Virus record (IMG/VR): IMGVR_UViG_3300025108_004223
Location: 1 to 64,000 of that record
Source: a virus
Length of the DNA: 64,000 nt
Direction: 5' to 3' (one strand)
Shown: positions 9,787-19,976 of the stretch, one piece after another
Layout of the letters: every line of letters begins with the position of its first letter
Numbering within the stretch: position 1 is the stretch's first letter
Translations under genes and position numbers: made by a program
The notes under the pieces: model-generated
The model's database searches: none
Told to the model about the DNA's origin: nothing
The model's input: only the letters and a program-made list of their open reading frames with translations

Positions 9787-10023
9787 ATGTCTAACAAAAA
9801 GATTACTCGAGAAGATCTGACTGCTACAGAAGGCCCGATGAACAATGTAGTAGACGAAGATGCAATGGTTTATGCTAAAGCAGACCCAAATAGACCTCTT
9901 GATATACATAAAGAACGTCAAGTTAGAGCTAAAAAACAAAAAATAAAGAAAAGTAGTAAGAAAGCAGACCGTAGAATTACTAAAAGTTTAATTAGGAACA
10001 TTGATAACCTTCCAAAAGATTGA
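9787..10023 (+). CDS. Hypothetical basic protein
   Basis: Co-oriented 78 aa ORF with Lys/Arg-rich C-terminus. Confidence 0.5.
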   Translation: MSNKKITREDLTATEGPMNNVVDEDAMVYAKADPNRPLDIHKERQVRAKKQKIKKSSKKADRRITKSLIRNIDNLPKD

Positions 10024-10041
10024 CAAAAGAAATCAAATAGA

Positions 10042-10053
10042 TAAATACTAGTA
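10042..10053 (+). promoter_or_regulatory. Candidate T4-like late promoter
   Basis: TAAATACTAGTA immediately before the ATG at 10053. Confidence 0.5.
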
Positions 10054-10247
10054 TGAAAATATATGACATCATAACAGAAGATGCTGATGCAGGTTCTACA
10101 ATGGCAGGTAATGTTGCCAGTGTAAGTTTTCCATTGTTTGGGAAAAAGAAGATGATCAGGCGTGCTGTTGATCCAAAAGGATATTTGGGTGACGGTAAAA
10201 TTAAAAAACAATCAACTGGATATAATACAAAGGTTAAGTTAAAATGA
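10053..10247 (+). CDS. Small probable head protein (MKIYDIITE)
   Basis: Shared N-terminal motif, late-promoter motif upstream. Confidence 0.55.
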   Translation: MKIYDIITEDADAGSTMAGNVASVSFPLFGKKKMIRRAVDPKGYLGDGKIKKQSTGYNTKVKLK

Positions 10248-10543
10248 AAATTAACGAAATCAATGAATCAATATACAGTATGAATCCTGAAGAACCTATG
10301 AATCCTGAAGTATTAATACAAGGTTATGGTAGATTAAATTTAAAGCAATTAGAAGATAAAGTAGGTAAGATGTTTGACGAACTTGCTGAAAGAGCCAGAC
10401 GAGGAGATTGGGAAGGTGTGCAATACAACCTAAACAAAGGACTTGTTCAGGAATTTATTAAAACCATCAATGTAGCATATGATGAGTTAGAACAAAAACG
10501 AAGACGCGGCGGCAAGAGTAGTCGTGGCATTGAAAAGAGGTAA
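10244..10543 (+). CDS. Small probable head protein (MKINEINE)
   Basis: Shared N-terminal motif, ATGA overlap. Confidence 0.55.
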   Translation: MKINEINESIYSMNPEEPMNPEVLIQGYGRLNLKQLEDKVGKMFDELAERARRGDWEGVQYNLNKGLVQEFIKTINVAYDELEQKRRRGGKSSRGIEKR

Positions 10544-10548
10544 CGACT

Positions 10549-11718
10549 ATGAGCAAAGAGCAAAAAATTGACAATACTTTTAATAAAGTAATGGACGATA
10601 TAAACCGATTACAAAAGGCATTTCAGCCAAACAAGAATTTAGAAAAGGCTATCGCAGAGGTAGGCGGAGATATTTCTTGGTTAAAAGAAATTAACGAATC
10701 ATTTGATAAACTATACGATATGCTTGAAGAAGGGCATATGGGTGCAGTAGCACATTTACAAATGGACGAAGAATTAAGTAAGAAGAAAAAAATTAAACCA
10801 AACACACCAGTTGGTATGGTAGCAGAAGGCGTATTAGACAGTGATGATGATGACGGATTTATGGCACGTAGCCAACTATATTTCTTAGCCAGAGATGCAA
10901 TTAAATTGCACAGCGTTATAGATGATAGAGATGACTTGGAGCCATGGGTTGCAAGTAAAATTGCTCAAGCTAGTAAAGACATGGATTCAGTTCGTCGTTA
11001 CACTGAATACAATGCCATGAAAGCTGAAGTAGAACCAGAAATGCAGCCAGCACCAGAAGTAGAATCACTAGAAGAAGATCCTGAAGCACGTAAAATGCAA
11101 GTAACTAATGCTGATAGAAATGCAAATACAGAAGCATGGAAACGTTTTAGAGCAGGCGATCCAAGATATGAATATATAAAGCCTAAAGAAATTAACTTAC
11201 CAGTAAAAGAAGGCACTATGATTGGCGGACTAATGAAATATGACGGTCAACCAGAAGGCGAATATGCAGACGCAGTAGCAAAATATAAAGAGTTTATGTC
11301 TAAACCTCGTCCAGCAAGTGAAGAAACAACTGACATGGTGCAAGGTTTTGTATTTGATGATGATTTATTAGATAGCCTAGACGAAGCACAAGATAATAAT
11401 GATGTAGACGTTAGACACATTGTTCAAAGCAGATTAGAAGATTTCTTTGGTCCAGACTTTGAACTTGGGTTAGATGAAGCTATTCGTCCAGTAAGAAGTG
11501 CAGCTTCTAAACTAAACCAAATTGGACAAGGCGTTCGTAATAAAACTAATGACGAAACACCAATGAAAGTTGGCGAACAGAAAAAGAAAAAGAAATACGA
11601 AGCAGTTAAAGAAGAAACAAAATTTGATGATAAAAATGCACACAGTGAATTAAAAACAGTTGCACAGGACATGTTTAAGCATGCACTGGCAAACGCTAAG
11701 AAAAAAGCGAGGAAATAA
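10549..11718 (+). CDS. Acidic mosaic probable head/core protein
   Basis: Short helical modules separated by (V/L/I)xE sites. Confidence 0.55.
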   Translation: MSKEQKIDNTFNKVMDDINRLQKAFQPNKNLEKAIAEVGGDISWLKEINESFDKLYDMLEEGHMGAVAHLQMDEELSKKKKIKPNTPVGMVAEGVLDSDDDDGFMARSQLYFLARDAIKLHSVIDDRDDLEPWVASKIAQASKDMDSVRRYTEYNAMKAEVEPEMQPAPEVESLEEDPEARKMQVTNADRNANTEAWKRFRAGDPRYEYIKPKEINLPVKEGTMIGGLMKYDGQPEGEYADAVAKYKEFMSKPRPASEETTDMVQGFVFDDDLLDSLDEAQDNNDVDVRHIVQSRLEDFFGPDFELGLDEAIRPVRSAASKLNQIGQGVRNKTNDETPMKVGEQKKKKKYEAVKEETKFDDKNAHSELKTVAQDMFKHALANAKKKARK

Positions 11719-11720
11719 CT

Positions 11721-13415
11721 ATGAAAGCTGATCAATTAAACGAATTTAACAAAGCAGATTACGAAGAAAACGAATCAGTAAATCTTCACAGTGAAAATGC
11801 ATTAGAGCTTGCTAAAGAATTTGGAACACCAGAAGAAGTAGAAGCAATGCAAAGAATTATGGATCAGCACATGCGTAGAGGACACATTCTACCGCACGAA
11901 GTAGAAGAGCGTAATGCACTAACATCAAAATATTACAGCATGTTGGAGCATTCAGTTAACCCAACACTTAGATCAAAATTAGAAGGCTACAAAGTTCTTC
12001 CTCCAATGGATAAAGAAAAATATCAAGCACGTAATGGACTCGAAGGTCCATTTACTACATTAAGCGGTAAAGTAGTTTACTACGATCCAAAAGAAGGAAA
12101 GTATTACGATCCAGACACAGACATTTATCTTTCATACGATGAATTCCAACAGTATGATAACGATTACAGTGGCATGGGTGATGAAGAAGCAGATGATTTT
12201 GTTAAAGATATTAAACCAAAAGAAACTGTAAAAGGTCCAAGAGGACATTTAAGTTCTATTGTAGCTGAAGATCTTAATAAAATAGCTAGGTGGGAGAGTA
12301 AATTATCAAAGGGTGAGAAAATAAAAAGGATAACTGTTATCAAAGAAGGCCTAGATAACGATGACACACGTAATATTGCTATTCGTTGTGTTGATGAAAT
12401 GGTTAGAGAAGGCTTAATTGCTAATGACATGGATACAGATGGAGATACTGAATTTCAAATACAAGATATTATTCATGACCAAATAAACAAAGCGTTGAAT
12501 GTATCAGAAGCAGAAGTATCAGTTGACAACGCAGGCAATATAGCAGGCTACTTAAACACAATTGATGAGTATGCTGAACAGGTATCTCTAATAGACGATC
12601 AATCGCGTCCAGAAGATATTAAGGAAATGGCTTACAGAATTCAAAATGCTGTAGACGACATTAGAATGAGAGAACTTGGATTAAAGCCAAGCAATATTAG
12701 ATCTCAATTTGAATCAGTAAAAGAAGCAACACATAGTGACGCTAAACCAATTTATGATTTAGTTGGCTCATTAGGCGCAGGAAAAATTGAATTAGCACAG
12801 AATCCTATATTTCATAAGTTAGTTCGTTTCTTAGATGCTGATACTATTGAAAAGTTTGTTGCAGATTTTAGAAAGAAGTTAGACAATGGCGAATCAATAG
12901 AAGAAGCAAATGAAGGAAAACAATCAGAGAAAGTAAGAAACATTGACAATATTCTAAAGAGTATGGGTGCTGATAATCCAAGCGATATCATTGCTGATAT
13001 TATGCATTGGATTGATGCAAACCCAGATGAAGACTTAGAAAGTTTAATAAGACGAGCTAATGGTTATTACAATAATGAATTAGGTGAAACAGACATTAAT
13101 GAGTTTGGTCCAGATGAACGTTATATGAAGATTGGCAATAATACAATGATTGCAAATAGAAAAACAGGTAGTGTAAGCAGCACTTTAAGTTTAGGTGGTG
13201 ATAAAACAGCAACGGTCAATAATCACTTTAATAAAGATGGTTCACAAGGCCAAATTAGTGCAAGAGGAACAGTAGGTGGTGTAAAGTTTAAAGCCAGTAA
13301 CAACATAAACGGTAATGCACCCAAGGCAACAGCAACTCATAAAGGTGTAACTATTAATAGACAAGGTCAATTGGTTAATGCATCTAAGAAACCAAAAAAG
13401 GCGGAGAAAAAATAA
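11721..13415 (+). CDS. Acidic mosaic probable head/core protein
   Basis: Many (V/I/L)xE junctions and a Gly/Thr-rich beta-type C-terminus. Confidence 0.55.
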   Translation: MKADQLNEFNKADYEENESVNLHSENALELAKEFGTPEEVEAMQRIMDQHMRRGHILPHEVEERNALTSKYYSMLEHSVNPTLRSKLEGYKVLPPMDKEKYQARNGLEGPFTTLSGKVVYYDPKEGKYYDPDTDIYLSYDEFQQYDNDYSGMGDEEADDFVKDIKPKETVKGPRGHLSSIVAEDLNKIARWESKLSKGEKIKRITVIKEGLDNDDTRNIAIRCVDEMVREGLIANDMDTDGDTEFQIQDIIHDQINKALNVSEAEVSVDNAGNIAGYLNTIDEYAEQVSLIDDQSRPEDIKEMAYRIQNAVDDIRMRELGLKPSNIRSQFESVKEATHSDAKPIYDLVGSLGAGKIELAQNPIFHKLVRFLDADTIEKFVADFRKKLDNGESIEEANEGKQSEKVRNIDNILKSMGADNPSDIIADIMHWIDANPDEDLESLIRRANGYYNNELGETDINEFGPDERYMKIGNNTMIANRKTGSVSSTLSLGGDKTATVNNHFNKDGSQGQISARGTVGGVKFKASNNINGNAPKATATHKGVTINRQGQLVNASKKPKKAEKK

Positions 13416-13999
13416 TGGGTATATTAAGCGATACAGTAAACGAATCTAAGAAACATTGTGGATGTGGACAAGATCCATGCGTTACATATGGTAAGCAAAC
13501 AGAAGAAGTTGTAAATGAAATAGATCCAAGTAGATCTCCATGGACACAATCAGGTAAACACCCTGGAGCTATGAATCAAGAAGAATTAGAAAGAGAAATT
13601 GCAGTGTTTAATGAACTTAGAGATAGAGGTGATCATTTATCACCTAGAGAATTAGCACAAGAAGATTCATTATATCATTATCTAGAGCAATTTAATGAAG
13701 ATGAATGTTCTACTTGTAACGGTTCAGGCTGGGACCAAAGTGTAACACCTGATGAAGATGACAGAGGTTGCGACGAATGTGGTGGCACTGGCAAGATTGA
13801 AACTGAATCATATTCTCCAGGTGACGAATACACAGATTCAGAAGGTATGGTAAGTGGATGTTGTGGTGCTCCTATGATGGACTACAACGATGGATTTGGT
13901 AGATGTTCAGATTGTAAAGAAATGGCAAGTGGTGAATCAGAAGAAGCATACTATGAAACTGCTGAAATACAAAGATTAAAAGATCTAATTAGGTATTAA
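13415..13999 (+). CDS. Cys-rich acidic protein with DnaJ-type CxxCxGxG zinc-finger repeats
   Basis: CSTCNGSG and CDECGGTG, plus GCCG...RCSDC. Confidence 0.55.
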   Translation: MGILSDTVNESKKHCGCGQDPCVTYGKQTEEVVNEIDPSRSPWTQSGKHPGAMNQEELEREIAVFNELRDRGDHLSPRELAQEDSLYHYLEQFNEDECSTCNGSGWDQSVTPDEDDRGCDECGGTGKIETESYSPGDEYTDSEGMVSGCCGAPMMDYNDGFGRCSDCKEMASGESEEAYYETAEIQRLKDLIRY

Positions 14000-14010
14000 G
14001 GAATAATAAA

Positions 14011-15045
14011 ATGAGATTACACCATTTATTTGAAGACGAGAATGTCAAAAAAGAAATCATTGCAAAAGTAAGTGGACTAGTTGCTGACAATGAAGAAGAT
14101 GCAAAACTGTTAGATAAAATATACAGAACTTTGCACAATACAGACATTTCAGGTAAGGTTGCACAAGCATTTGCAGTTCCTACTTCAGATGATAATATTA
14201 ATCTTGAACCATTACTTAAACAACTAACACAAATTATTTTCCACGCAGGTGTTGATTATAAAAGCCTTGATGCATTCCTTAACAGATTAGAAAAAGGTAA
14301 CGTTGTAGATGTGCCTGTTCTTACTACTCCTGGAGTAGGAAGTGTAAGAGCGTTCTTTGGCGGTGATGAAACTACTACAAAAATATTTCAAGCAATGGCA
14401 ACACTAGGCGCAGGTAAAAAGCAAAAAGGCCCAGGTGAATATGCACTTGCGATGTTATCAAATCAAATTAAATTAAAACATGCTGATGGCGATATTGATG
14501 TTGCAGGCAAAGGTATAGAAGTAAAAGCAGAAACCACCTCAGGTGGTGGACGTCTTGGAGAAGGCGGTCCTACTAATGCAGTTGCAAAAGAATATTGGAG
14601 CCAAGTTCCAAGTATAGCAAATCACTTTAATCAAGGTTCAAAAGGAATGGGTATTAAAAACTTTGTTCAAGCACTGGCATTAGACTTACCGTTAAATGAT
14701 CCAGAAAAGAAAAAACAAAGACAAGATTTACTTACAAAATGGTATAGTCAGTTGTTTCCAAATGCAGGACCATTTGTTCAAGCATTTATGCAAGACGACG
14801 GAGTAGTTGCAGAAAAAATGTATGGTAAAGCAAACTTTGAATCTTACAAAAACAACTATGGATGGGACGGATTATTAAGTATTAACTTCCCTTCACTAAA
14901 ATATGTGATGGTTGCTACAGGTGATGACTTTGTTAGAATGAAAGAAGCAGGACATTTTGGTAGCTTCTCAATTAGTGTTGTGCCAAGTAGTGCAAGACCA
15001 TCAGAAGTATATTGCCAATTAAGTCTAACTAAAGCAAAAGCATAA
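14011..15045 (+). CDS. Putative PD-(D/E)xK nuclease-fold protein with head-protein-type N-terminus
   Basis: GPGEYAL...GDIDV...IEVK, MRLHHLFE start. Confidence 0.45.
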   Translation: MRLHHLFEDENVKKEIIAKVSGLVADNEEDAKLLDKIYRTLHNTDISGKVAQAFAVPTSDDNINLEPLLKQLTQIIFHAGVDYKSLDAFLNRLEKGNVVDVPVLTTPGVGSVRAFFGGDETTTKIFQAMATLGAGKKQKGPGEYALAMLSNQIKLKHADGDIDVAGKGIEVKAETTSGGGRLGEGGPTNAVAKEYWSQVPSIANHFNQGSKGMGIKNFVQALALDLPLNDPEKKKQRQDLLTKWYSQLFPNAGPFVQAFMQDDGVVAEKMYGKANFESYKNNYGWDGLLSINFPSLKYVMVATGDDFVRMKEAGHFGSFSISVVPSSARPSEVYCQLSLTKAKA

Positions 15046-15320
15046 TGTGGGATATTATTACCCAAATGGCAACCGAAAGGTTGTGGATTTACACAGCATT
15101 AGCAGGAAGTATATTTGGTGCATTATTCATTTACTGGATAAGAGACACATACATTGCCTTTTGGGCAATAAATAAGTGGGAAGCAATACTAGACTTCCTA
15201 GTCAATCGTTGGGGCTGGAGCTGGTTTAAACATAATCCAGACGCATGGAAGGCCGCTAACCCAAAACTTACAAAAAAGATAGAAGAACTAGAAGCTCGTA
15301 TTAAAAAACTAGAGAAGTAA
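15045..15320 (+). CDS. Small membrane protein
   Basis: N-terminal TM segment, Trp-rich middle, C-terminal coiled coil. Confidence 0.6.
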   Translation: MWDIITQMATERLWIYTALAGSIFGALFIYWIRDTYIAFWAINKWEAILDFLVNRWGWSWFKHNPDAWKAANPKLTKKIEELEARIKKLEK

Positions 15321-15321
15321 T

Positions 15322-16101
15322 TTGAAAAAAGTTTTAATAATAGGCTGCAGCTTTTCAGCAGGCTGGTATAAGCTAGTAGACGATGGTATTACAACCCGAG
15401 AAAACGTATATCATGATTATGGATGGTATGATGAATTACCTGACGGCTATCATTATACGGTATATTCTCATCCAGGTGGCGGCTATCTAAACTATGCAGA
15501 GTTATTACATAGACTTGTTAAAACAGGAGAACTTGATCAATACTCAAGTTGCATAATTCAAGAAACGTGGGAACCACGAATTTGTTTATATGAAACCAAC
15601 GAGTATGAATTTAATAGAAAAGAAGAAAAAATACATTTTTATCTTAAACATGGTAAGAAGGATTTTATAAAAAGTATGGCCCTTGTAGAAAAAAGTCCAT
15701 TGACTTCCGAAATAGAAGATAAATTTGATATAGAACTGACTATACCATTTAAAAATTACTTGACAGATATTGGAAGTTCTGTATACTTGGATAAAGCCGT
15801 AGACAGTTCAGCAATAGCAGTAGATTATATTCTAAAACATGCAGGAATTCCTACTTATAGATTCTGTGTTAACCGACATGCTATTGATAGAAACGATTAT
15901 TCCATCAGTAATATTAATTGGCCACACATAAAACATATGAAAACGATAGATATGTGGAATGAAATGAATGAAATATTTGAACATAATTTAGTTTGGCCAA
16001 AAGGTTCAAAATTCCCAGATAGAAGAGCAGGACATTTAACGAAACATGGAACAATGTTACTTGGAAAATTAATAGCAACTAAGTTAAAGGATTTTTTGTG
16101 A
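15322..16101 (+). CDS. SGNH/GDSL hydrolase-like protein
   Basis: IIGCSFSAG block I and late AGHL. TTG start. Confidence 0.5.
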   Translation: MKKVLIIGCSFSAGWYKLVDDGITTRENVYHDYGWYDELPDGYHYTVYSHPGGGYLNYAELLHRLVKTGELDQYSSCIIQETWEPRICLYETNEYEFNRKEEKIHFYLKHGKKDFIKSMALVEKSPLTSEIEDKFDIELTIPFKNYLTDIGSSVYLDKAVDSSAIAVDYILKHAGIPTYRFCVNRHAIDRNDYSISNINWPHIKHMKTIDMWNEMNEIFEHNLVWPKGSKFPDRRAGHLTKHGTMLLGKLIATKLKDFL

Positions 16102-16973
16102 AAGAAATATACCTGGTATGTACCCGTAGTGCGATTACGGCCAGTGCATTAACATATGTAATCAACTCAAGCCCAGACTTTTATAACATGTCACACAATA
16201 ACCTGTGGCTAGAAGAACACAGTGAACATTTTGGCAAAGCACATATTATAAATGATTGGTGGAATGTGCATGATCGTATTTCTAAAGCATACGATCCAGA
16301 CTTTAGAAATAACATAGTGCTATCGGAAGAGAAATTAATTGCAATTGTTGATGCATGGAATGAGTTTCCTAGTAATAAACATTTATGTTTGTTTACACAT
16401 GCTCGTAACACAGCAGACATTATGCATTATGCACAAAAAAACAATTTACCTGTTAAAGTAGTTACAACAATTATGGGTAAAAACTCCCATCATTTTATTA
16501 GTGCATTTTTACGCAGAGAATATAATGATGAAATGAACTCATTTGATGACGTATTTGAAATATGGAAATATATATACTATCAACTATCACACCAAGATGA
16601 CGTATGGCAAGAATCATATGACTATTGTTTTCAAATGTCAGACTGGTTACATAATCCAACAGACTTATACACTACACTTGGTGTAGAAATATGTGCTGAT
16701 ATTGGGCTATGGACTGACCAATACTTAAAATGGAATGATAGTGACTCTCTTGTAAACCCACAAGATGCTAGGTTCAATGATAATATAGTAACACGTATGC
16801 AACTGTTAACTTGGGCGTTTAACACCGCAACAAATCTAAATAATAGTTCTGAAAAGATTAAATTTGCTATTTTATTATACAAAATGTATAACAACAACTA
16901 CACAAAATCCCCACAACAATTTATCAAGGATGCCCAAAAAACATTGGGTATTGACTTGACAAATAACGTTTAA
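16098..16973 (+). CDS. Hypothetical protein, weakly sulfotransferase-like
   Basis: N-terminal LVCTRSA...LTYVINSSPDF resembles a PAPS-binding start. GTG start. Confidence 0.35.
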   Translation: MKEIYLVCTRSAITASALTYVINSSPDFYNMSHNNLWLEEHSEHFGKAHIINDWWNVHDRISKAYDPDFRNNIVLSEEKLIAIVDAWNEFPSNKHLCLFTHARNTADIMHYAQKNNLPVKVVTTIMGKNSHHFISAFLRREYNDEMNSFDDVFEIWKYIYYQLSHQDDVWQESYDYCFQMSDWLHNPTDLYTTLGVEICADIGLWTDQYLKWNDSDSLVNPQDARFNDNIVTRMQLLTWAFNTATNLNNSSEKIKFAILLYKMYNNNYTKSPQQFIKDAQKTLGIDLTNNV

Positions 16974-16984
16974 TACGTTATTAT
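16956..16984 (+). promoter_or_regulatory. Sigma70-type promoter of the dsbA-like/polymerase genes
   Basis: TTGACA-17 bp-TATTAT, overlapped by the inverted repeat AATAACGT-N5-ACGTTATT. Confidence 0.65.
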
Positions 16985-17017
16985 ATATACTAATTCAACG
17001 ATTAACGGAGGTCTAGT

Positions 17018-17272
17018 ATGACAACATTTTCTGAAGCAGACGTAAATAAATTGAAGCATCTTATTAAAGAAGGCATTCAAGTAACCCAAGAAGTAGAAAC
17101 CTTGCGAGAAGGACTTCGCGATACTGTAAAAGCAATTGCAGAAGAAATGGATATTAAGCCATCCATTCTTAATAAAGCAGTGCGTGTAGCATATAAGGCA
17201 GAGTTTGCCAAAGCACGTGATGAGTTTGATGAACTTGAAACAATTCTAACAACAGTAGGCCGCGATACTTAA
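17018..17272 (+). CDS. T4 DsbA-like / GapR-like dsDNA-binding protein
   Basis: LIKEG...EVETLREGLRDTVKAIAEEMDIKPSILNKAVRVAYK helical pattern, located next to the polymerase. Confidence 0.65.
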   Translation: MTTFSEADVNKLKHLIKEGIQVTQEVETLREGLRDTVKAIAEEMDIKPSILNKAVRVAYKAEFAKARDEFDELETILTTVGRDT

Positions 17273-19965
17273 TGAGTTATGTAGACGGTTATTTTAATAG
17301 AGATAAAGATTGTCTACACGTAGTAGAACGTGTTAACGGCGAGCGAGTATACAAAGACTTTCCTGCACGTTATCAGTTCTATTACAAAGACCCACGTGGC
17401 AAATATACAAGTATATTTGGCGATAAACTTGAGCGTGTTGTATGCAGCACAAGTAAAAAGTTTAATACAGAAAAGAAGATTCACGGACATAAAAAGTTAT
17501 TTGAAAGTGATATTAATCCACTTTTTAGATGCTTTTCTGAGAATTACGATTCCACAGAAACTCCAATACTACAAACAGCATTCTTTGATATTGAGACAGA
17601 CTTCCACCAGGAAAAGGGGTTTGCTCCACCAGAAGATCCATTTAATGCCGTAACGGCAGTTAGTGTGCATTTAAGTTGGTTAAGCAGGACTATTTGCCTT
17701 GCTATTAAACCTAATACATTGACCAAAGAACAAGCAACAGAGATATGTAATAAGTTTGATGATACAATGTTGTTTGATACTGAAAAAGAGATGCTTGAAG
17801 CATTTCTTGATTTAATTGATGACGCAGATATTTTAACTGGTTGGAACAGCGAAGGATTTGATATTCCATACATGGTGAATAGAGTTGCACGTGAATTAAG
17901 CAAAAGTCATACACGTAGATTCTGTTTATGGGAGCAGTATCCTAAACGTAGAACATTTGAGCGTTTTGGTGCAGAGAGTGAAACGTTTGATTTGTTTGGC
18001 AGAGTTCATTTGGACTATATGCAATTGTATCGTAAGTATACATATCACGAAATGCACAGTTATAGTTTGGATGCAATTGGCGAATACGAACTTTCAGAGC
18101 GTAAAGTAGATTATGAAGGCACATTGGATCAATTATATAACAATGACTTTGAAACGTTTATTGCATATTCGAGACAAGACGTTGACTTGCTAGTAAGACT
18201 AGATGCTAAACTACAATTTATTGACTTAGCAAACGTGTTAGCACACTCTAACACCGTGTTGCTACAAACAACAATGGGTGCGGTTGCACAAACAGACCAA
18301 GCGATTGTTAACGAAGCACATCAACAGGGCTTTATTGTTCCTGATAAGAAGTTTGACAAAGACACTACACAGGCTGCAGGCGCCTATGTTGCAGATCCTA
18401 AACGTGGGATGCACAAATGGATTGGCAGTATGGATTTAAACTCACTGTATCCTAGTATTATTCGTAGTTGTAACATGAGCACTGAGACTATTATTGGTCA
18501 AGTGCGTCATACATTTACACGTGAATTGCTAGACAAGGCAAAAACAATTCCAGAAGCATGGGAGGGTCGTTTTGCAACACCTGAGTATGAATTAGTTATG
18601 GATAAAGATCAAGCAGAAGTTATGCATATTGACTTTGAAGATGGAACTGGTTTTGAAGCCACTGGTGCAGAGATATATGAGATTATCTTTAACAGTGGAC
18701 AACCTTGGATTATTAGTGCTAATGGCACAATATTTACATATGAGAAAAAAGGTATTATTCCTGGACTACTAGAACGTTGGTATGCTGAACGTAAAATACT
18801 ACAAAAGAATGCCATTGATGCACGTGAAGAAGGTGGAGATAAGTTTGCGTTTTGGGATAAACGACAGTTGGTTAAAAAGATTAACTTAAACAGTTTGTAT
18901 GGTGCGTTACTTAATCCTGGCAGTAGATTCTTTGATAGTAGATTAGGACAAAGCACAACACTAACAGGGCGTAGTATTGCAAAGCATATGGCGGCCAAGT
19001 GTAATGAAATTATGGCAGGCAAATATGATCACGTAGGAGAAAGCATTGTTTATGGTGATACTGACTCCACATACTTTAGTGCATATCCTATTCTTAAGCC
19101 TGAAATAGACAAAGGTGAAATACAGTGGGATAAAGATACTATTACAAGTTACTATGAAGCAGTGTGTGAAGAAGTAAACAAGACATTTCCTAATTTTATG
19201 AACAAAGCATTTCATACAACTGTAGATTTAGGTGCAATTATTGCCGCCGGTAGAGAAATATCAGCACAGTCAGGTATCTTTATTACTAAGAAACGTTATG
19301 CAGCATTGGTATATGATAACGAAGGCAAGCGTGAAGACAAAGATGGTAAGCCAGGCAAAGTAAAAGCAATGGGCTTAGACTTGAAGCGTAGTGATACGCC
19401 AGCATTTATGCAAGACTTCTTAAGCGAATTGCTAATGACAACACTTACAGATGGTGGCGAAGAAGCAGTTATCAAACGTATTATTGAATTCCGTAAAGAG
19501 TTTCGTAGTATGGACAGTTGGAAGAAAGGCACACCAAAGCGTGTTAACAATCTAACAAAATTCCGTGGTATTGTTGCAAATTATGACAAAGTAAAGAACA
19601 AGGCTATTAGAGATGGACGTAGTGCTAAAGATATTAAGAAGCCTGCTTTACCAGGTCACGTAAGAGCAGCACTAAACTGGAATCAGTTACGTGAAATTAA
19701 TGACGACAAATACAGTATTGAGATTACAGATGGCATGAAAACCGTTGTATGCAAGCTCAAAGACAATCCTATGGGATACACAAGTGTTGGTTATCCTACA
19801 GATGAAACACGTTTACCAGAATGGTTTACTGAATTACCATTTGATGACGATTTAATGGAACATACTATTATTACTAAGAAGTTAGAAAACTTATTGGGTG
19901 TGTTAAAGTGGGATTTGGACGCAGGATCGGCTCGTAATACATTTGCTGACTTATTTGATTTTTAA
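17272..19965 (+). CDS. Family B DNA polymerase with 3'-5' exonuclease
   Basis: ExoI FFDIETD, ExoII GWNSEGFDIPY, motif A SMDLNSLYPS, motif B KKINLNSLYG, motif C YGDTDS. Confidence 0.97.
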   Translation: MSYVDGYFNRDKDCLHVVERVNGERVYKDFPARYQFYYKDPRGKYTSIFGDKLERVVCSTSKKFNTEKKIHGHKKLFESDINPLFRCFSENYDSTETPILQTAFFDIETDFHQEKGFAPPEDPFNAVTAVSVHLSWLSRTICLAIKPNTLTKEQATEICNKFDDTMLFDTEKEMLEAFLDLIDDADILTGWNSEGFDIPYMVNRVARELSKSHTRRFCLWEQYPKRRTFERFGAESETFDLFGRVHLDYMQLYRKYTYHEMHSYSLDAIGEYELSERKVDYEGTLDQLYNNDFETFIAYSRQDVDLLVRLDAKLQFIDLANVLAHSNTVLLQTTMGAVAQTDQAIVNEAHQQGFIVPDKKFDKDTTQAAGAYVADPKRGMHKWIGSMDLNSLYPSIIRSCNMSTETIIGQVRHTFTRELLDKAKTIPEAWEGRFATPEYELVMDKDQAEVMHIDFEDGTGFEATGAEIYEIIFNSGQPWIISANGTIFTYEKKGIIPGLLERWYAERKILQKNAIDAREEGGDKFAFWDKRQLVKKINLNSLYGALLNPGSRFFDSRLGQSTTLTGRSIAKHMAAKCNEIMAGKYDHVGESIVYGDTDSTYFSAYPILKPEIDKGEIQWDKDTITSYYEAVCEEVNKTFPNFMNKAFHTTVDLGAIIAAGREISAQSGIFITKKRYAALVYDNEGKREDKDGKPGKVKAMGLDLKRSDTPAFMQDFLSELLMTTLTDGGEEAVIKRIIEFRKEFRSMDSWKKGTPKRVNNLTKFRGIVANYDKVKNKAIRDGRSAKDIKKPALPGHVRAALNWNQLREINDDKYSIEITDGMKTVVCKLKDNPMGYTSVGYPTDETRLPEWFTELPFDDDLMEHTIITKKLENLLGVLKWDLDAGSARNTFADLFDF

Positions 19966-19976
19966 TAAATAATATT

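Noticed and set aside
17272-19965. Intein or intron in the DNA polymerase
   Set aside because: 897 aa with normally spaced motifs and no splice-junction or LAGLIDADG signature.
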